A stretch of DNA of 64,000 bases from Thermoplasmata archaeon (GTDB lineage Archaea; Thermoplasmatota; E2; JACPAO01; JAHFTW01): contig JAXDQS010000005.1 of NCBI GenBank assembly GCA_034667725.1, forward strand, positions 96,001 through 160,000, read 5' to 3'. Below the pieces are notes generated by a model. That model saw only the letters and a program-made list of their open reading frames with translations. It was not told the origin of the DNA and did no database searches. Below are positions 38,563 to 47,072 of this stretch, one piece after another (position 1 is the first letter of the stretch; each line of letters starts with the position of its first letter). The translations under genes were made by a program, and so were the position numbers.

Positions 38563-39003
38563 ATGACGGCAGGCAAACCCCAGGTCGTCGTCGCGGCGCA
38601 GCACGGCCACGGCGAGGACTCCCACCTGTCCGCGCGGCCCATCATGAGCCTCAAGGAGCAGCGCGACGCGCTCAAGGACGGCCGCGTCGTCGGCTTCCAC
38701 TGCGCCAACTGCAAGGTCGACCGCTTCAGCCCGATGCTGCGCTGCCCCAAGTGCGCCGGCACCAACATCCAGCAACGCGAGTTCAGCAAGACCGGCGCCG
38801 TCGTCAGCTACACCATCCAAAGCGTCGCCTCGGAGCAGTTCCTCAACGAGACGCCGTTCGCGTTCGCCGTGATCCAACTGGACGACGGGCCGAAAGTGTC
38901 CGGGTGGATTCCGTGGATCGCGAAGCCCAAGGACTTGTCGATTGGGCAGAAGGTCGAGTACGTCCCGAGCTACAAGCCGGGGATGATGTTCGAGAAACGT
39001 TGA
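38563..39003 (+). CDS. DUF35 Zn-ribbon/OB-fold thiolase partner
   Basis: CANC..P..CPKC, G.VVSYT, AVIQLDDG; adjacent to the thiolase. Confidence 0.9.
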   Translation: MTAGKPQVVVAAQHGHGEDSHLSARPIMSLKEQRDALKDGRVVGFHCANCKVDRFSPMLRCPKCAGTNIQQREFSKTGAVVSYTIQSVASEQFLNETPFAFAVIQLDDGPKVSGWIPWIAKPKDLSIGQKVEYVPSYKPGMMFEKR

Positions 39004-39023
39004 GCATGGCATCGCTGAAGCGG

Positions 39024-39471
39024 ACGACCCACACATCCTCGGATTCTGCGGGGTCTGTGGAATTGATGGCTGCCCCTCCATCACCCAAAGCGTCTGTGGA
39101 ATCTGTGCCCGCCGGAATGCGGCGACCCACACAGATTCCGCAGATAGCTGCTCAAGCTTCCTCAAACCCTCTGTGGAATCTTTGCCCGGCCGAATTGCGC
39201 CGACCAACACAGATTCCCCAGATCGTCGCCCAAGCTTGGTGGGCCGCAAAGCAACTCCTCAGACCTCTATGGAAATCTGGGCCCGCCAGGTTACGACCCA
39301 CACAGATTCCACAGACCGTTGCTCAAGCTTGATGGGCCGCAACGCAATTCCCCAGATTCTCTGTGGAATCTGTGTCCGCCCGGAATGCGACGACCCACAC
39401 AGATTCCACAGACCGTTGCTCAAGCTTGATGGGCCGCAACGCAATTCCTCAGATTCTCGGTTGAATCGGTT
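39024..39471. repeat. Array of palindromic hairpin repeats (TCTGTGGAATCTGTG...CACAGATTCCACAGA), 4 units plus degenerate ends
   Basis: Arm pairs 39093-39107/39130-39144, 39170-39184/39208-39222, 39266-39280/39301-39315, 39360-39374/39398-39412. Confidence 0.9.
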
Positions 39472-39892
39472 GTCGTGCCGCATGGCCCGCGAAGGCCTCC
39501 TCGGTGTGCCGTGCTGGCTCGGCGTGACGGCCCACGACCCGGATGAACTGCAATTCCGATGAGCCGAAGTTCAGCAGGAGCCCGACGGGCAGCCGAGTCA
39601 CCGCGAGGTAGTTCGCAAGCTGTCCCACCTCGCGCCGCCCGACCGTGTCCAGCGCCTTCAGCTCCACGAGGATGGACTTGTGGCAAATGTAGTCGGCCCG
39701 GAACGATTTCGTAAGTTGGACGCCGTCGTACCACACGGTCAGCGGCACTTCGGACTCCGCGGGGATGCCGCGGCGCTTGAACTCCACGCCCAAGGCTTCC
39801 TGGTACACGGACTCCAAGTAGCCTGGCCGGAGTTCCCGATGGACCTTCATCGCGGCGCCGATGATGGCGAACGTCCGCGCGTCGTTGCGCAT
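39449..39892 (-). CDS. GxxExxY protein (PD-(D/E)XK nuclease-like)
   Basis: IIGAAMKVHREL.PGYLESVY, RADYIC..ILVELKA, QLANYL, GLLLNFG. Confidence 0.92.
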   Translation of the reverse strand: MRNDARTFAIIGAAMKVHRELRPGYLESVYQEALGVEFKRRGIPAESEVPLTVWYDGVQLTKSFRADYICHKSILVELKALDTVGRREVGQLANYLAVTRLPVGLLLNFGSSELQFIRVVGRHAEPARHTEEAFAGHAARQPIQPRI

Positions 39893-39970
39893 GGGGGGCG
39901 GCACGGGCGGATTACAGTTTCACAGTTGGCTGAACTCAAGTGAAACTACTCATCTGGGAATCCCTCCCAG

Positions 39971-42900
39971 TCAAGCCGCTTCCACCGCCGCCGGCCGCAC
40001 CGTCCGCGTCGGCTTGACCTCGGCGCGCACGACGGCGCCGTCGATGTCCCACGCGGGGCCTTTGGTGGCCGGGCCGAACGACAAGTGGCGGGCGCGCACT
40101 TCGGCCTTGAGCACGTGGAGGAACTGCTGGAGCTGGGCTTCCTGGTCGGGGCCGCAGCCGATTTCGACGTCGACCTCCTCGGCGATGGGCAGGTCCAGTT
40201 CCTTGCGGACCTCCTGAATGCGGCGGACGACCTCGCGCACGAGGGCTTCGGCCAGGAGCTTCTCGTCGCGCAGGACGTGGAGCGCCAGGATGACGTCGCC
40301 GACCTTGGTGGTGGCCCAGCCGGGGCGGTCGCGCTCCTCGAACAGCACGTGCTCGGCGCCGAGGGCGTGGTCTTGGCCTTCGACGTTGACGCCGACGGTC
40401 TTGCCGGCGGCGAGCTGGCGGTGGGCGGCGTCGCCGTCGAGGCCTTCGATGGCGTCCGCGATGGGGCCGCCGAGCTTCTTGAACGCCTTGCCCAAAGCGG
40501 CGCGGTTGGGCTTGGCGACGAACTGCTTGAAGGCGGCGGCGTCGGGGGCGGTCTCGATGGCCTTGACGTTGATCTCTTCTTGGAGGATGGCGCCGAACCG
40601 GCCGGCCTCCTGGCCCACCAGGACGGCGCGGCCGAGCGGGTGGCGGGTCGGGATGTTGACCTTGCTGCGGAGGGCGCGGGCGGCCTCGGCGAGGCTCCGG
40701 ACGGTGGCCATCTCGCGCTCAAGGGCCTCCTCGCGGGCGCCGGGCTCGGGCAGGAGGGCGAGATGGACGCTGGCGGGGTCTTGGTCGGTGCGCAGCAGGG
40801 GCCACATCGACTCGACCATGAAGGGCGCGAACGGCGCCACCATGCGGCTGATCGTGTGCAGCGCGGTCCAGAGGGCGCTGTGGGCGGAGCGCTTGTCCTT
40901 GGAGTCGCGTTCGGCCCAGAAGCGGTCGCGGCTGCGGCGCAGCCACCAGTTGGAGAGGTCGTCGATGACGAAGGCCTCGATGGCGCGGGTGGCCTTGTGC
41001 AGGTGGTAGCGGTCGGCCTCGAAGCGCGCCTCGGTAAGGGTGGCGTTGAGGCGGGACAGCAGCCAGCGGTCCAGGTCGCTCCACTCCTTGGGCGGCACGG
41101 CTTGGCTGGGCGTCCAGTGGTCGAGGCCGGCGTACTGGTGGTGGAACAGGAAGGTGTTCCAGAGGGTGCTGAAGAACTTCCCGAAGGTCTCGCGGACGGC
41201 CTCCTCGTAGAACCGCTTGTCCTGCCAGGGCGCCGTGGCCGACAGGAGGTACCAGCGGGTGGCGTCGGCGCCTTGGGTGGCAAAGACGTGGTCGGGCGGG
41301 ACGTAGTTCTTCTTCGACTTCGACATCTTGGTGCCGTCTTCCGCCAGGATGAGGCCGTTGACCACGCAGTTGCGGTAGGCAGGTCCCTGGAACAGGCCGG
41401 CGGCCTTGGCGTCGGGGGCTTGGCCGAGGGCGGTGGCAGACGCCAGGAGCGAGTAGAACCAGCCGCGGGTCTGGTCGAGACCTTCCGAGATGAAGTCGAT
41501 TGGCCACTGGGCCTGGAGGTTCGGGTTCTGGAGGCTGGTGGCCTTCCATTGCGCGAACTGGGCGGCGCCGGAGTCGTACCAGACGTCGATGACGTAGGGC
41601 TCGCGCTCGGCCTTGCCGCCGCACTTGGCGCACGCAATCGGCTGGTCGACGTAGGGGCGGTGCAGCTCGGGGGCCTTGATGCCGGCCTTCTCCAGTTCGG
41701 CGCGGCTGCCGAGGCAGCGCTGGGCGCCGCAGGAGGTGCAGGTCCAGATTGGCAGCGGCGTGCCCCAGAAGCGGCTGCGGCTGAACGCCCAGTCCTTGAC
41801 GTTGCGCAGCCAGTCGCCCATGCGGCCCTCCTGGATAGTCTCGGGCACCCAGTTGATCTGCTGGTTGTTCGCCAAGAGTTGGCCGCGCAGCTGGCTCATG
41901 CGGATGTACCAGGAGTCCATCGCGTAGTACAGGAGCGGGTGGCCGGTGCGCCAGCAGTGCGGGTAGCTGTGCTCGTAGGTCTCGGAGCGGTAGAGGGAAT
42001 CCGTCGCCTTGAGATGCTGGAGGATGCGTGCCTCGGTGTCCGCCGCCTTGACGGGGAGCCCGCCGACGCCGCCGGGGACGTGGCCGAGGAAGCTGCCGTC
42101 GAGGCCGACGGTGTGCTGCGCGGGCAGGTTCTCGCGCATCCCGAGCTGGTAGTCGTCCTCGCCGTACATCACGGCGGTGTGGACAACACCGGTGCCGTCC
42201 TCGGTGGTGACGAACTCGGCGGGCACGACGACGAACGCCTTCTTGCCGGTGGGGTCGACGGCGCCGGGAAACAGCGGGCGGTACTTCCTGCCCACCAGGT
42301 CGCGGCCCTTCATCTCCGCGATCACCTGCGACTCGTTCCGAAGCGCCTTCTTCTGGAGCGCCTTGGCGACGATCAGCACCTCGCCCTCCTTGGCGTCGGC
42401 CTTGTCGGAGGCCTTGAGCACGCGGACCTTGACGTACTCGATGTCGGGCCCGACGGCGAGCGCGACGTTGCCGGGCAGCGTCCACGGCGTCGTGGTCCAG
42501 GAGAGGACGCGGGCGCCGTCCTTGTCGCCCTCGAGGTGGAACTTGACGAAGACCGCGGTGTCCTTGACGTCCTTGTAGCCGAGCGCCACCTCGTGGCTGG
42601 AGTAGCTGGTGCCGGTCTGCGGGCAGTAGGGGACGACCTTGTGGGCCTTGTGCAGCAGGCCCTGCTCCCACAGGCGCTGAAGGCTCCACCACACGGACTC
42701 GATGTAGCCGTCGTCCATCGTGACGTAGGGGTCGGCGTAGTCGAGCCAGAAGCCGACGCGCTCCGACATGGCCTCCCAGTCCTTCTTGTAGCGGAACACG
42801 GAGTCGCGGCACTTCTGGTTGAACCGGTCCATGCCGTACTCCAGGATCTGGCCGACATGCTCGATGCCCAGCTCCTTCTGCACCTCGATCTCGACCGGCA

Positions 42901-43189
42901 GGCCATGGCAGTCCCAGCCGGCCTTGCGCGGCACCCACTTGCCCTGCATCGCGTGGTAGCGGCAAACGGCGTCCTTCAGGGTGCGCGTCAGCACGTGGCC
43001 CGGGTGGGGCAGGCCGTTCGCGGTCGGCGGGCCCTCCAGGAACACGAACTTGCGGGCAGGGTCCTGCGCCGCGTTGGCCTTGCCCTGCTCGACCTGGCGC
43101 TGGAAGGTGCCCTCGCGGGCCCACTTCTCGAGGACGCGCCGCTCCATCACGTCGGGCACGTAGCGCTTGGGGACGGCGGGGCGTTCCAT
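39971..43189 (-). CDS. ileS: Isoleucine--tRNA ligase (archaeal/eukaryote-type)
   Basis: EGPPTANGLPHPGH, GWDCHGLP, WTTTPWTLP, GTGVVH, EGLDQTRGWFY, KMSKS. Confidence 0.97.
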   Translation of the reverse strand: MERPAVPKRYVPDVMERRVLEKWAREGTFQRQVEQGKANAAQDPARKFVFLEGPPTANGLPHPGHVLTRTLKDAVCRYHAMQGKWVPRKAGWDCHGLPVEIEVQKELGIEHVGQILEYGMDRFNQKCRDSVFRYKKDWEAMSERVGFWLDYADPYVTMDDGYIESVWWSLQRLWEQGLLHKAHKVVPYCPQTGTSYSSHEVALGYKDVKDTAVFVKFHLEGDKDGARVLSWTTTPWTLPGNVALAVGPDIEYVKVRVLKASDKADAKEGEVLIVAKALQKKALRNESQVIAEMKGRDLVGRKYRPLFPGAVDPTGKKAFVVVPAEFVTTEDGTGVVHTAVMYGEDDYQLGMRENLPAQHTVGLDGSFLGHVPGGVGGLPVKAADTEARILQHLKATDSLYRSETYEHSYPHCWRTGHPLLYYAMDSWYIRMSQLRGQLLANNQQINWVPETIQEGRMGDWLRNVKDWAFSRSRFWGTPLPIWTCTSCGAQRCLGSRAELEKAGIKAPELHRPYVDQPIACAKCGGKAEREPYVIDVWYDSGAAQFAQWKATSLQNPNLQAQWPIDFISEGLDQTRGWFYSLLASATALGQAPDAKAAGLFQGPAYRNCVVNGLILAEDGTKMSKSKKNYVPPDHVFATQGADATRWYLLSATAPWQDKRFYEEAVRETFGKFFSTLWNTFLFHHQYAGLDHWTPSQAVPPKEWSDLDRWLLSRLNATLTEARFEADRYHLHKATRAIEAFVIDDLSNWWLRRSRDRFWAERDSKDKRSAHSALWTALHTISRMVAPFAPFMVESMWPLLRTDQDPASVHLALLPEPGAREEALEREMATVRSLAEAARALRSKVNIPTRHPLGRAVLVGQEAGRFGAILQEEINVKAIETAPDAAAFKQFVAKPNRAALGKAFKKLGGPIADAIEGLDGDAAHRQLAAGKTVGVNVEGQDHALGAEHVLFEERDRPGWATTKVGDVILALHVLRDEKLLAEALVREVVRRIQEVRKELDLPIAEEVDVEIGCGPDQEAQLQQFLHVLKAEVRARHLSFGPATKGPAWDIDGAVVRAEVKPTRTVRPAAVEAA

Positions 43190-43235
43190 CGGCGTCCCGG
43201 GAGTGTCCCCTGGTTCAAAAACGGCTAGTGGGGCG

Positions 43236-43610
43236 TCACTGGACCGTCAAGGTGCCGCTCATCTGGGTGCCGTGAATCTTGCAGTAGTAGCGGACCGTGC
43301 CCTTCTCCGCGAAGGTGCGCTGGTACTCGCTGGGGCCGCCGGGGCCGCCGACCTTGCCGCCCATCTCGTCGGAGCTCCAGGCCTCGCCGGCCTCGGTGAC
43401 GTCGTGGGGCGCCGTGCCGTCGAGGACCCAGACGACGGTGGCGTTGGCGGGCACGGCGGCGTCGGCGGGGACGAAGCGCAGCGCCGAGGTCATCTTGATG
43501 ACGTAGCGGCCTTCGGCGTCGCGGGGCGGGGTCGCAGGGCCGGTGGTCTGGGTGGCGCAGCCCGCCAACAGCGGGGCGGCCAAGAGCAGGACCAGCAGGA
43601 ATGCCTTCAT
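43236..43610 (-). CDS. Plastocyanin/halocyanin-like cupredoxin lipoprotein
   Basis: Lipobox LLAGC; PHDV and YYCKIHGTQM type-1 Cu ligands. Confidence 0.88.
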   Translation of the reverse strand: MKAFLLVLLLAAPLLAGCATQTTGPATPPRDAEGRYVIKMTSALRFVPADAAVPANATVVWVLDGTAPHDVTEAGEAWSSDEMGGKVGGPGGPSEYQRTFAEKGTVRYYCKIHGTQMSGTLTVQ

Positions 43611-43655
43611 GGGCCGCGGCACCGGGACCTCGCCAAAAGCGCTTGCGATGGGGCG

Positions 43656-44138
43656 TCAAGCCGTCCGGCGGCGCACGAGGGCCGCCCCGACCAAGGCCAG
43701 CGGCAGCAGGGCGGCGGGGGCGGGCGCCCCGTTGTCGGTGGAGCCGGTGCCGACCGGCATCCGGCCCTTCATGCCGACCCCTTGGTGGGGCGCGCAGAAG
43801 TACTCCACGACGCCGTCGGCGTCGGTGGTGAAGGTCCCGGTGGCCGACTCGCCCTTGTTCAGGAGCCGGGCCACCTGCTTGTCGCCGACGTGGAAGTCGT
43901 GCTGCATGGTGCCGTCGTTGCGCACCTCGAAGGTGTAGGCCGTGTTGGGCTGCAGCACCACGCTCGGGTTGCGGCCGGGGATGCCCTCGAAGGTGAACCA
44001 GAACTGGCCGTTGAGGTCGTGGGCCGTGACGTGGAAGGTGTTGGGCTCGCTGTGCGCGCCCGCCAGGGGGGTCGCCGCCAGGGCCGCCGCGACGGCCGCC
44101 AAGGCCAGCCCGGCGCCAAGGCGGGCCCGCATCGTCAC
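43656..44138 (-). CDS. Cupredoxin with C-terminal membrane anchor
   Basis: QHDF and YFCAPHQGVGM; tail PAPAALLPLALVGAALVRRR. Confidence 0.85.
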   Translation of the reverse strand: MTMRARLGAGLALAAVAAALAATPLAGAHSEPNTFHVTAHDLNGQFWFTFEGIPGRNPSVVLQPNTAYTFEVRNDGTMQHDFHVGDKQVARLLNKGESATGTFTTDADGVVEYFCAPHQGVGMKGRMPVGTGSTDNGAPAPAALLPLALVGAALVRRRTA

Positions 44139-45289
44139 GCCGCCTTCCGGCGGCGGACGAGGGCGGCGGCCGCCAGGAGGCCGAGGGCCAGGGCGGGCCC
44201 GACGCCGGGGGCGAGCGGGTCCTGCGGGGCGGCGTCCTCGACGTCGACGCGGCCGCGCACCGGCGGGTCGAGGGGGGTGTGGTCGTTGTGGACCAGCTCG
44301 ACGATGAGGATCTGGCCCTCCTCCAGGCCGGTGTAGCGGAACGCGGTGTCGGAGGTCATGGAGTCGCCGGGGGCTTGCTTGCAGGCCTCGAAGTCGTTGG
44401 TGCGCTCGGCGCGCTCGCAGACCAGGTAGTGCAGGTGGCCGGTGCCGGCGCTGCGGGGCTGGCCGACGGGCTCGGCGAGCGTGAAGCCGCTGACGGTGAC
44501 GTTGATGTCGTAGGCCTGGCCGGCGCGGGGGACGCCGGAGCCGACCGTGATCTTGGGGGCCGTCACGACCTGGACGGCGCGGCGGGCGGGGTTGTAGGAG
44601 GTGCCGTCGTGGTTCACGAGCTCGACGGCGACGCGGTCGGCCAGCTTGAGGCCGTGGAACACGAACTTGTCGGCGCCGGTGGCGGCGGGCGCGCCGCCGG
44701 AGCAGTTGCCCGTGCAGGGGACGCCGTTGAGGGTGTAGAGGAAGTGGCCGGAGGTGCGGTTCTGGGGCAGCGGCGTCGGGGTGGGGGCCACCACCGTGAA
44801 GCCGATGGGGACGGCCTCCATGATGTAGTCCCCGGCGTTGGGCGTGCTGGTGCGGATCGCGACCGCGGGCTGCTCGTTGGGGGACGACTGGAGGCGGACG
44901 CCCTGCTCCACGAGGACGGGGGGGTCGTAGCTGGTGCCGTTGGCTTGCAGCACCTCCACGCTGACGCGGTCGCCGGCCTGGAGGTTGGCGAAGGTGAAGG
45001 TGGTCGCCGTCGTGCGGTAAGGGGCGCCGTGGGCGCAGATGGCGGCGCAGGGGGCCCCGTTCAGGCGGTACTCCAGGAAGGCGGTGGCTTTCTCCTGGTC
45101 GGAGGTGGCGTTCTCGCCCAGGCTGCCGCCGGGCGCCATGAGGGTGACGTTGCCGACCGCGACCACCATGGTGTGGTCGCCGACGCGGGGCGCCGGGCTC
45201 AACACCTCCAAGGCGGGGCGGGCCGAGGCGGCGGCAGCGGCGAGCGGGACGACCACCAGGAGGGCCACCAGGGCCACCGTCGGACGCAT
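44135..45289 (-). CDS. Secreted protein with three beta-sandwich repeats (GHxHY...VELVxxD) and C-terminal anchor
   Basis: Start at ATG 45289; three internal repeats; tail APGVGPALALGLLAAAALVRRRK. Confidence 0.75.
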   Translation of the reverse strand: MRPTVALVALLVVVPLAAAAASARPALEVLSPAPRVGDHTMVVAVGNVTLMAPGGSLGENATSDQEKATAFLEYRLNGAPCAAICAHGAPYRTTATTFTFANLQAGDRVSVEVLQANGTSYDPPVLVEQGVRLQSSPNEQPAVAIRTSTPNAGDYIMEAVPIGFTVVAPTPTPLPQNRTSGHFLYTLNGVPCTGNCSGGAPAATGADKFVFHGLKLADRVAVELVNHDGTSYNPARRAVQVVTAPKITVGSGVPRAGQAYDINVTVSGFTLAEPVGQPRSAGTGHLHYLVCERAERTNDFEACKQAPGDSMTSDTAFRYTGLEEGQILIVELVHNDHTPLDPPVRGRVDVEDAAPQDPLAPGVGPALALGLLAAAALVRRRKAA

Positions 45290-45349
45290 CGCGCGAAGCA
45301 GAGGCCTGCGCCGTTTAGGCCTTCTGGGATTGGCGCCTTGCCCGCCGCG

Positions 45350-46192
45350 ATGCCCGAGCCGGTCCCCGTGCACGACAACCACTTCCACTGCCACCCGGGC
45401 GGCTGGAAGGGGATGGGCGCGGTGCGGGAGTTCATGGCGGCCGGCGGCACCAGCATCGCCCACGTCCGGCTGCCGACGTATCCGGCGACGGTGGAGCGGT
45501 TCGAGGCGGACTGCCGGGCCCACCTGGCGTTCTCGGCCGCCATCCGGAAGGAGACGGGCTGCCGGGCGTGGTCCGCCGTCGGCCCGTACCCGTTGGAGCC
45601 GATGAAGGTGGCCGAGGCGGACGGCTGGGAGGCGGCGGAGGCGTTCGCGCGCGGCTGCTACGACGTGGCCGCCCGCCTGTGCGAGGAAGGGCTGGCCCAT
45701 TGCATCGGCGAGGTGGGGCGGGCGCACTTCGAGGTCCCCGCCGAGACCCAGCACCGGCTCAACGGGCTGCTGGAGTACGGGATGGGGCGCGCGAAGGACG
45801 CCGGCGTCCCCATCATGCTGCACACCGAGCACACCGAGCCGGCCACCATGGCGGAGTTCGCCGCGATGGCCGACCGGGCGGGGCTGGCCCGGGACCGCGT
45901 CATCAAGCACTACTGCGGGCCCCTCGTGCTGGACGGCGAGACGCATGGGCTGGTCCCCAGCATCATCGCGGGCCGCAGCAACATCCGGGCCGCGTTGCAG
46001 AAGGCGCCCGGCCAGGCGCGGTTCGTGCTGGAGACCGACTACATCGACGAGCCGACCCGCCCCGACGTCGTAATGCCGTGCGACACCGTTCCCAAGCGGG
46101 TGAAGGGCTTGTTGCAGAACGGGGATTTGACGGAGACGCAAGCCTGGTCGATCGGGGACGGGATGCCCAGGAAGCTCTACGGCGAGCCGTGA
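45350..46192 (+). CDS. TatD-related metal-dependent hydrolase (archaeal type)
   Basis: DNHFH, IGEVGRAH, MLHTE, IKHY, LETDYID. Confidence 0.88.
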   Translation: MPEPVPVHDNHFHCHPGGWKGMGAVREFMAAGGTSIAHVRLPTYPATVERFEADCRAHLAFSAAIRKETGCRAWSAVGPYPLEPMKVAEADGWEAAEAFARGCYDVAARLCEEGLAHCIGEVGRAHFEVPAETQHRLNGLLEYGMGRAKDAGVPIMLHTEHTEPATMAEFAAMADRAGLARDRVIKHYCGPLVLDGETHGLVPSIIAGRSNIRAALQKAPGQARFVLETDYIDEPTRPDVVMPCDTVPKRVKGLLQNGDLTETQAWSIGDGMPRKLYGEP

Positions 46193-46269
46193 AGGCGAAA
46201 GCAACGCCGGAAGCTTTTGCGAAGGACGCAGCGTTGCTTGCGGGAGTCGTGCAGGCAGGCGGCTGCGTC

Positions 46270-46298
46270 CCAGCGCGCTCGGTGGGATTCGAACCCAC
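46270..46298 (-). repeat. 29-bp direct duplicate of the tRNA-Arg 3' end
   Basis: CCAGCGCGCTCGGTGGGATTCGAACCCAC is identical at 46270-46298 and 46398-46426. Confidence 0.92.
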
Positions 46299-46401
46299 CC
46301 GCTACGGCCCTCAGGAGGGCCGCAGCGTCCGGGCGCGCTTCGCTGCCCTGTGGGCCCGACTCCCAGCCGCGCCTCTGCCCGGCGCGCTTCGCGGCCTCCA
46401 G

Positions 46402-46476
46402 CGCGCTCGGTGGGATTCGAACCCACGTGCTCTGGCTTAGGAGGCCAGTGCCCAATCCAAGCTAGACGACGAGCGC
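46402..46476 (-). tRNA. tRNA-Arg (anticodon CCT)
   Basis: Acceptor stem GCGCTCG/CGAGCGC; anticodon arm CTGGC-CTCCTAA-GCCAG; T arm GTGGG-TTCGAAT-CCCAC; CCA not encoded. Confidence 0.93.
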
Positions 46477-46560
46477 AGCGGCTTTTGCCACGGGCCGCGC
46501 CGTTTCAACGCTTCGCCGGTGGCCAGAAGCTCCTTGAACCGACGGCTGGCTGCCCGTCCC

Positions 46561-47013
46561 GTGCCCAAGCTGTGGATTGCCGCATTGCCCTGTTTGTTGC
46601 TGCTCGCCCCCGCCGTCGCCGGCGACCACCTCCAGGAGCAGGTCGTCACCCGGGCGTGCGTGGTCAAGGCCGGAGGGCAGGACGTCGCGTCCACGTGCGA
46701 CTACTACCTGCAGCACTCGGTGACCAAGCAGTCGTGCAACCTTGCCACCTGCCGCATCAAGCACACCTGCATCGTGACGCTGTACGGCCACTTGGCGGAG
46801 TCGGACTACCTGTGCGGCGACGAGGCGGGCGCCCTCGCCGTGGCCCCCCTTGCCAGCTACGCCTACGCCAGCCGCACCGACGCGGACTTCCTCGCGCCCC
46901 TTGGCACCTGCTACGACTTCACGGTGTCCGGCAGCGCCCGGGCCCCGGTCGTGGCTGGCACCCCCGTCGGCACCACGGGGTCGTTCGCGCACACCATCAG
47001 CGTCTGCGCGTAG
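46561..47013 (+). CDS. Small Cys-rich secreted hypothetical protein
   Basis: Signal peptide from GTG 46561; 8 Cys in the mature part. Confidence 0.65.
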   Translation: MPKLWIAALPCLLLLAPAVAGDHLQEQVVTRACVVKAGGQDVASTCDYYLQHSVTKQSCNLATCRIKHTCIVTLYGHLAESDYLCGDEAGALAVAPLASYAYASRTDADFLAPLGTCYDFTVSGSARAPVVAGTPVGTTGSFAHTISVCA

Positions 47014-47072
47014 CGTCCTTCCACCAACCCCCGCCCGCCCACCCTTAAGCGGCCGCGGCATCTCCAGGCTCC

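Noticed and set aside
39024-39471. Possible CRISPR array (also 59553-59820)
   Set aside because: Intervening sequences are related to each other rather than unique, arms alternate in orientation, and there are no cas genes in the window
38751-39562. ORFs across the repeat array (TQIPQ, LWNL repeats); similar ORFs at 59061-60012
   Set aside because: Translations of DNA palindromic repeats, not credible proteins
46193-47013. Intact integrative element at tRNA-Arg
   Set aside because: Only 99 bp between the direct repeats and no integrase
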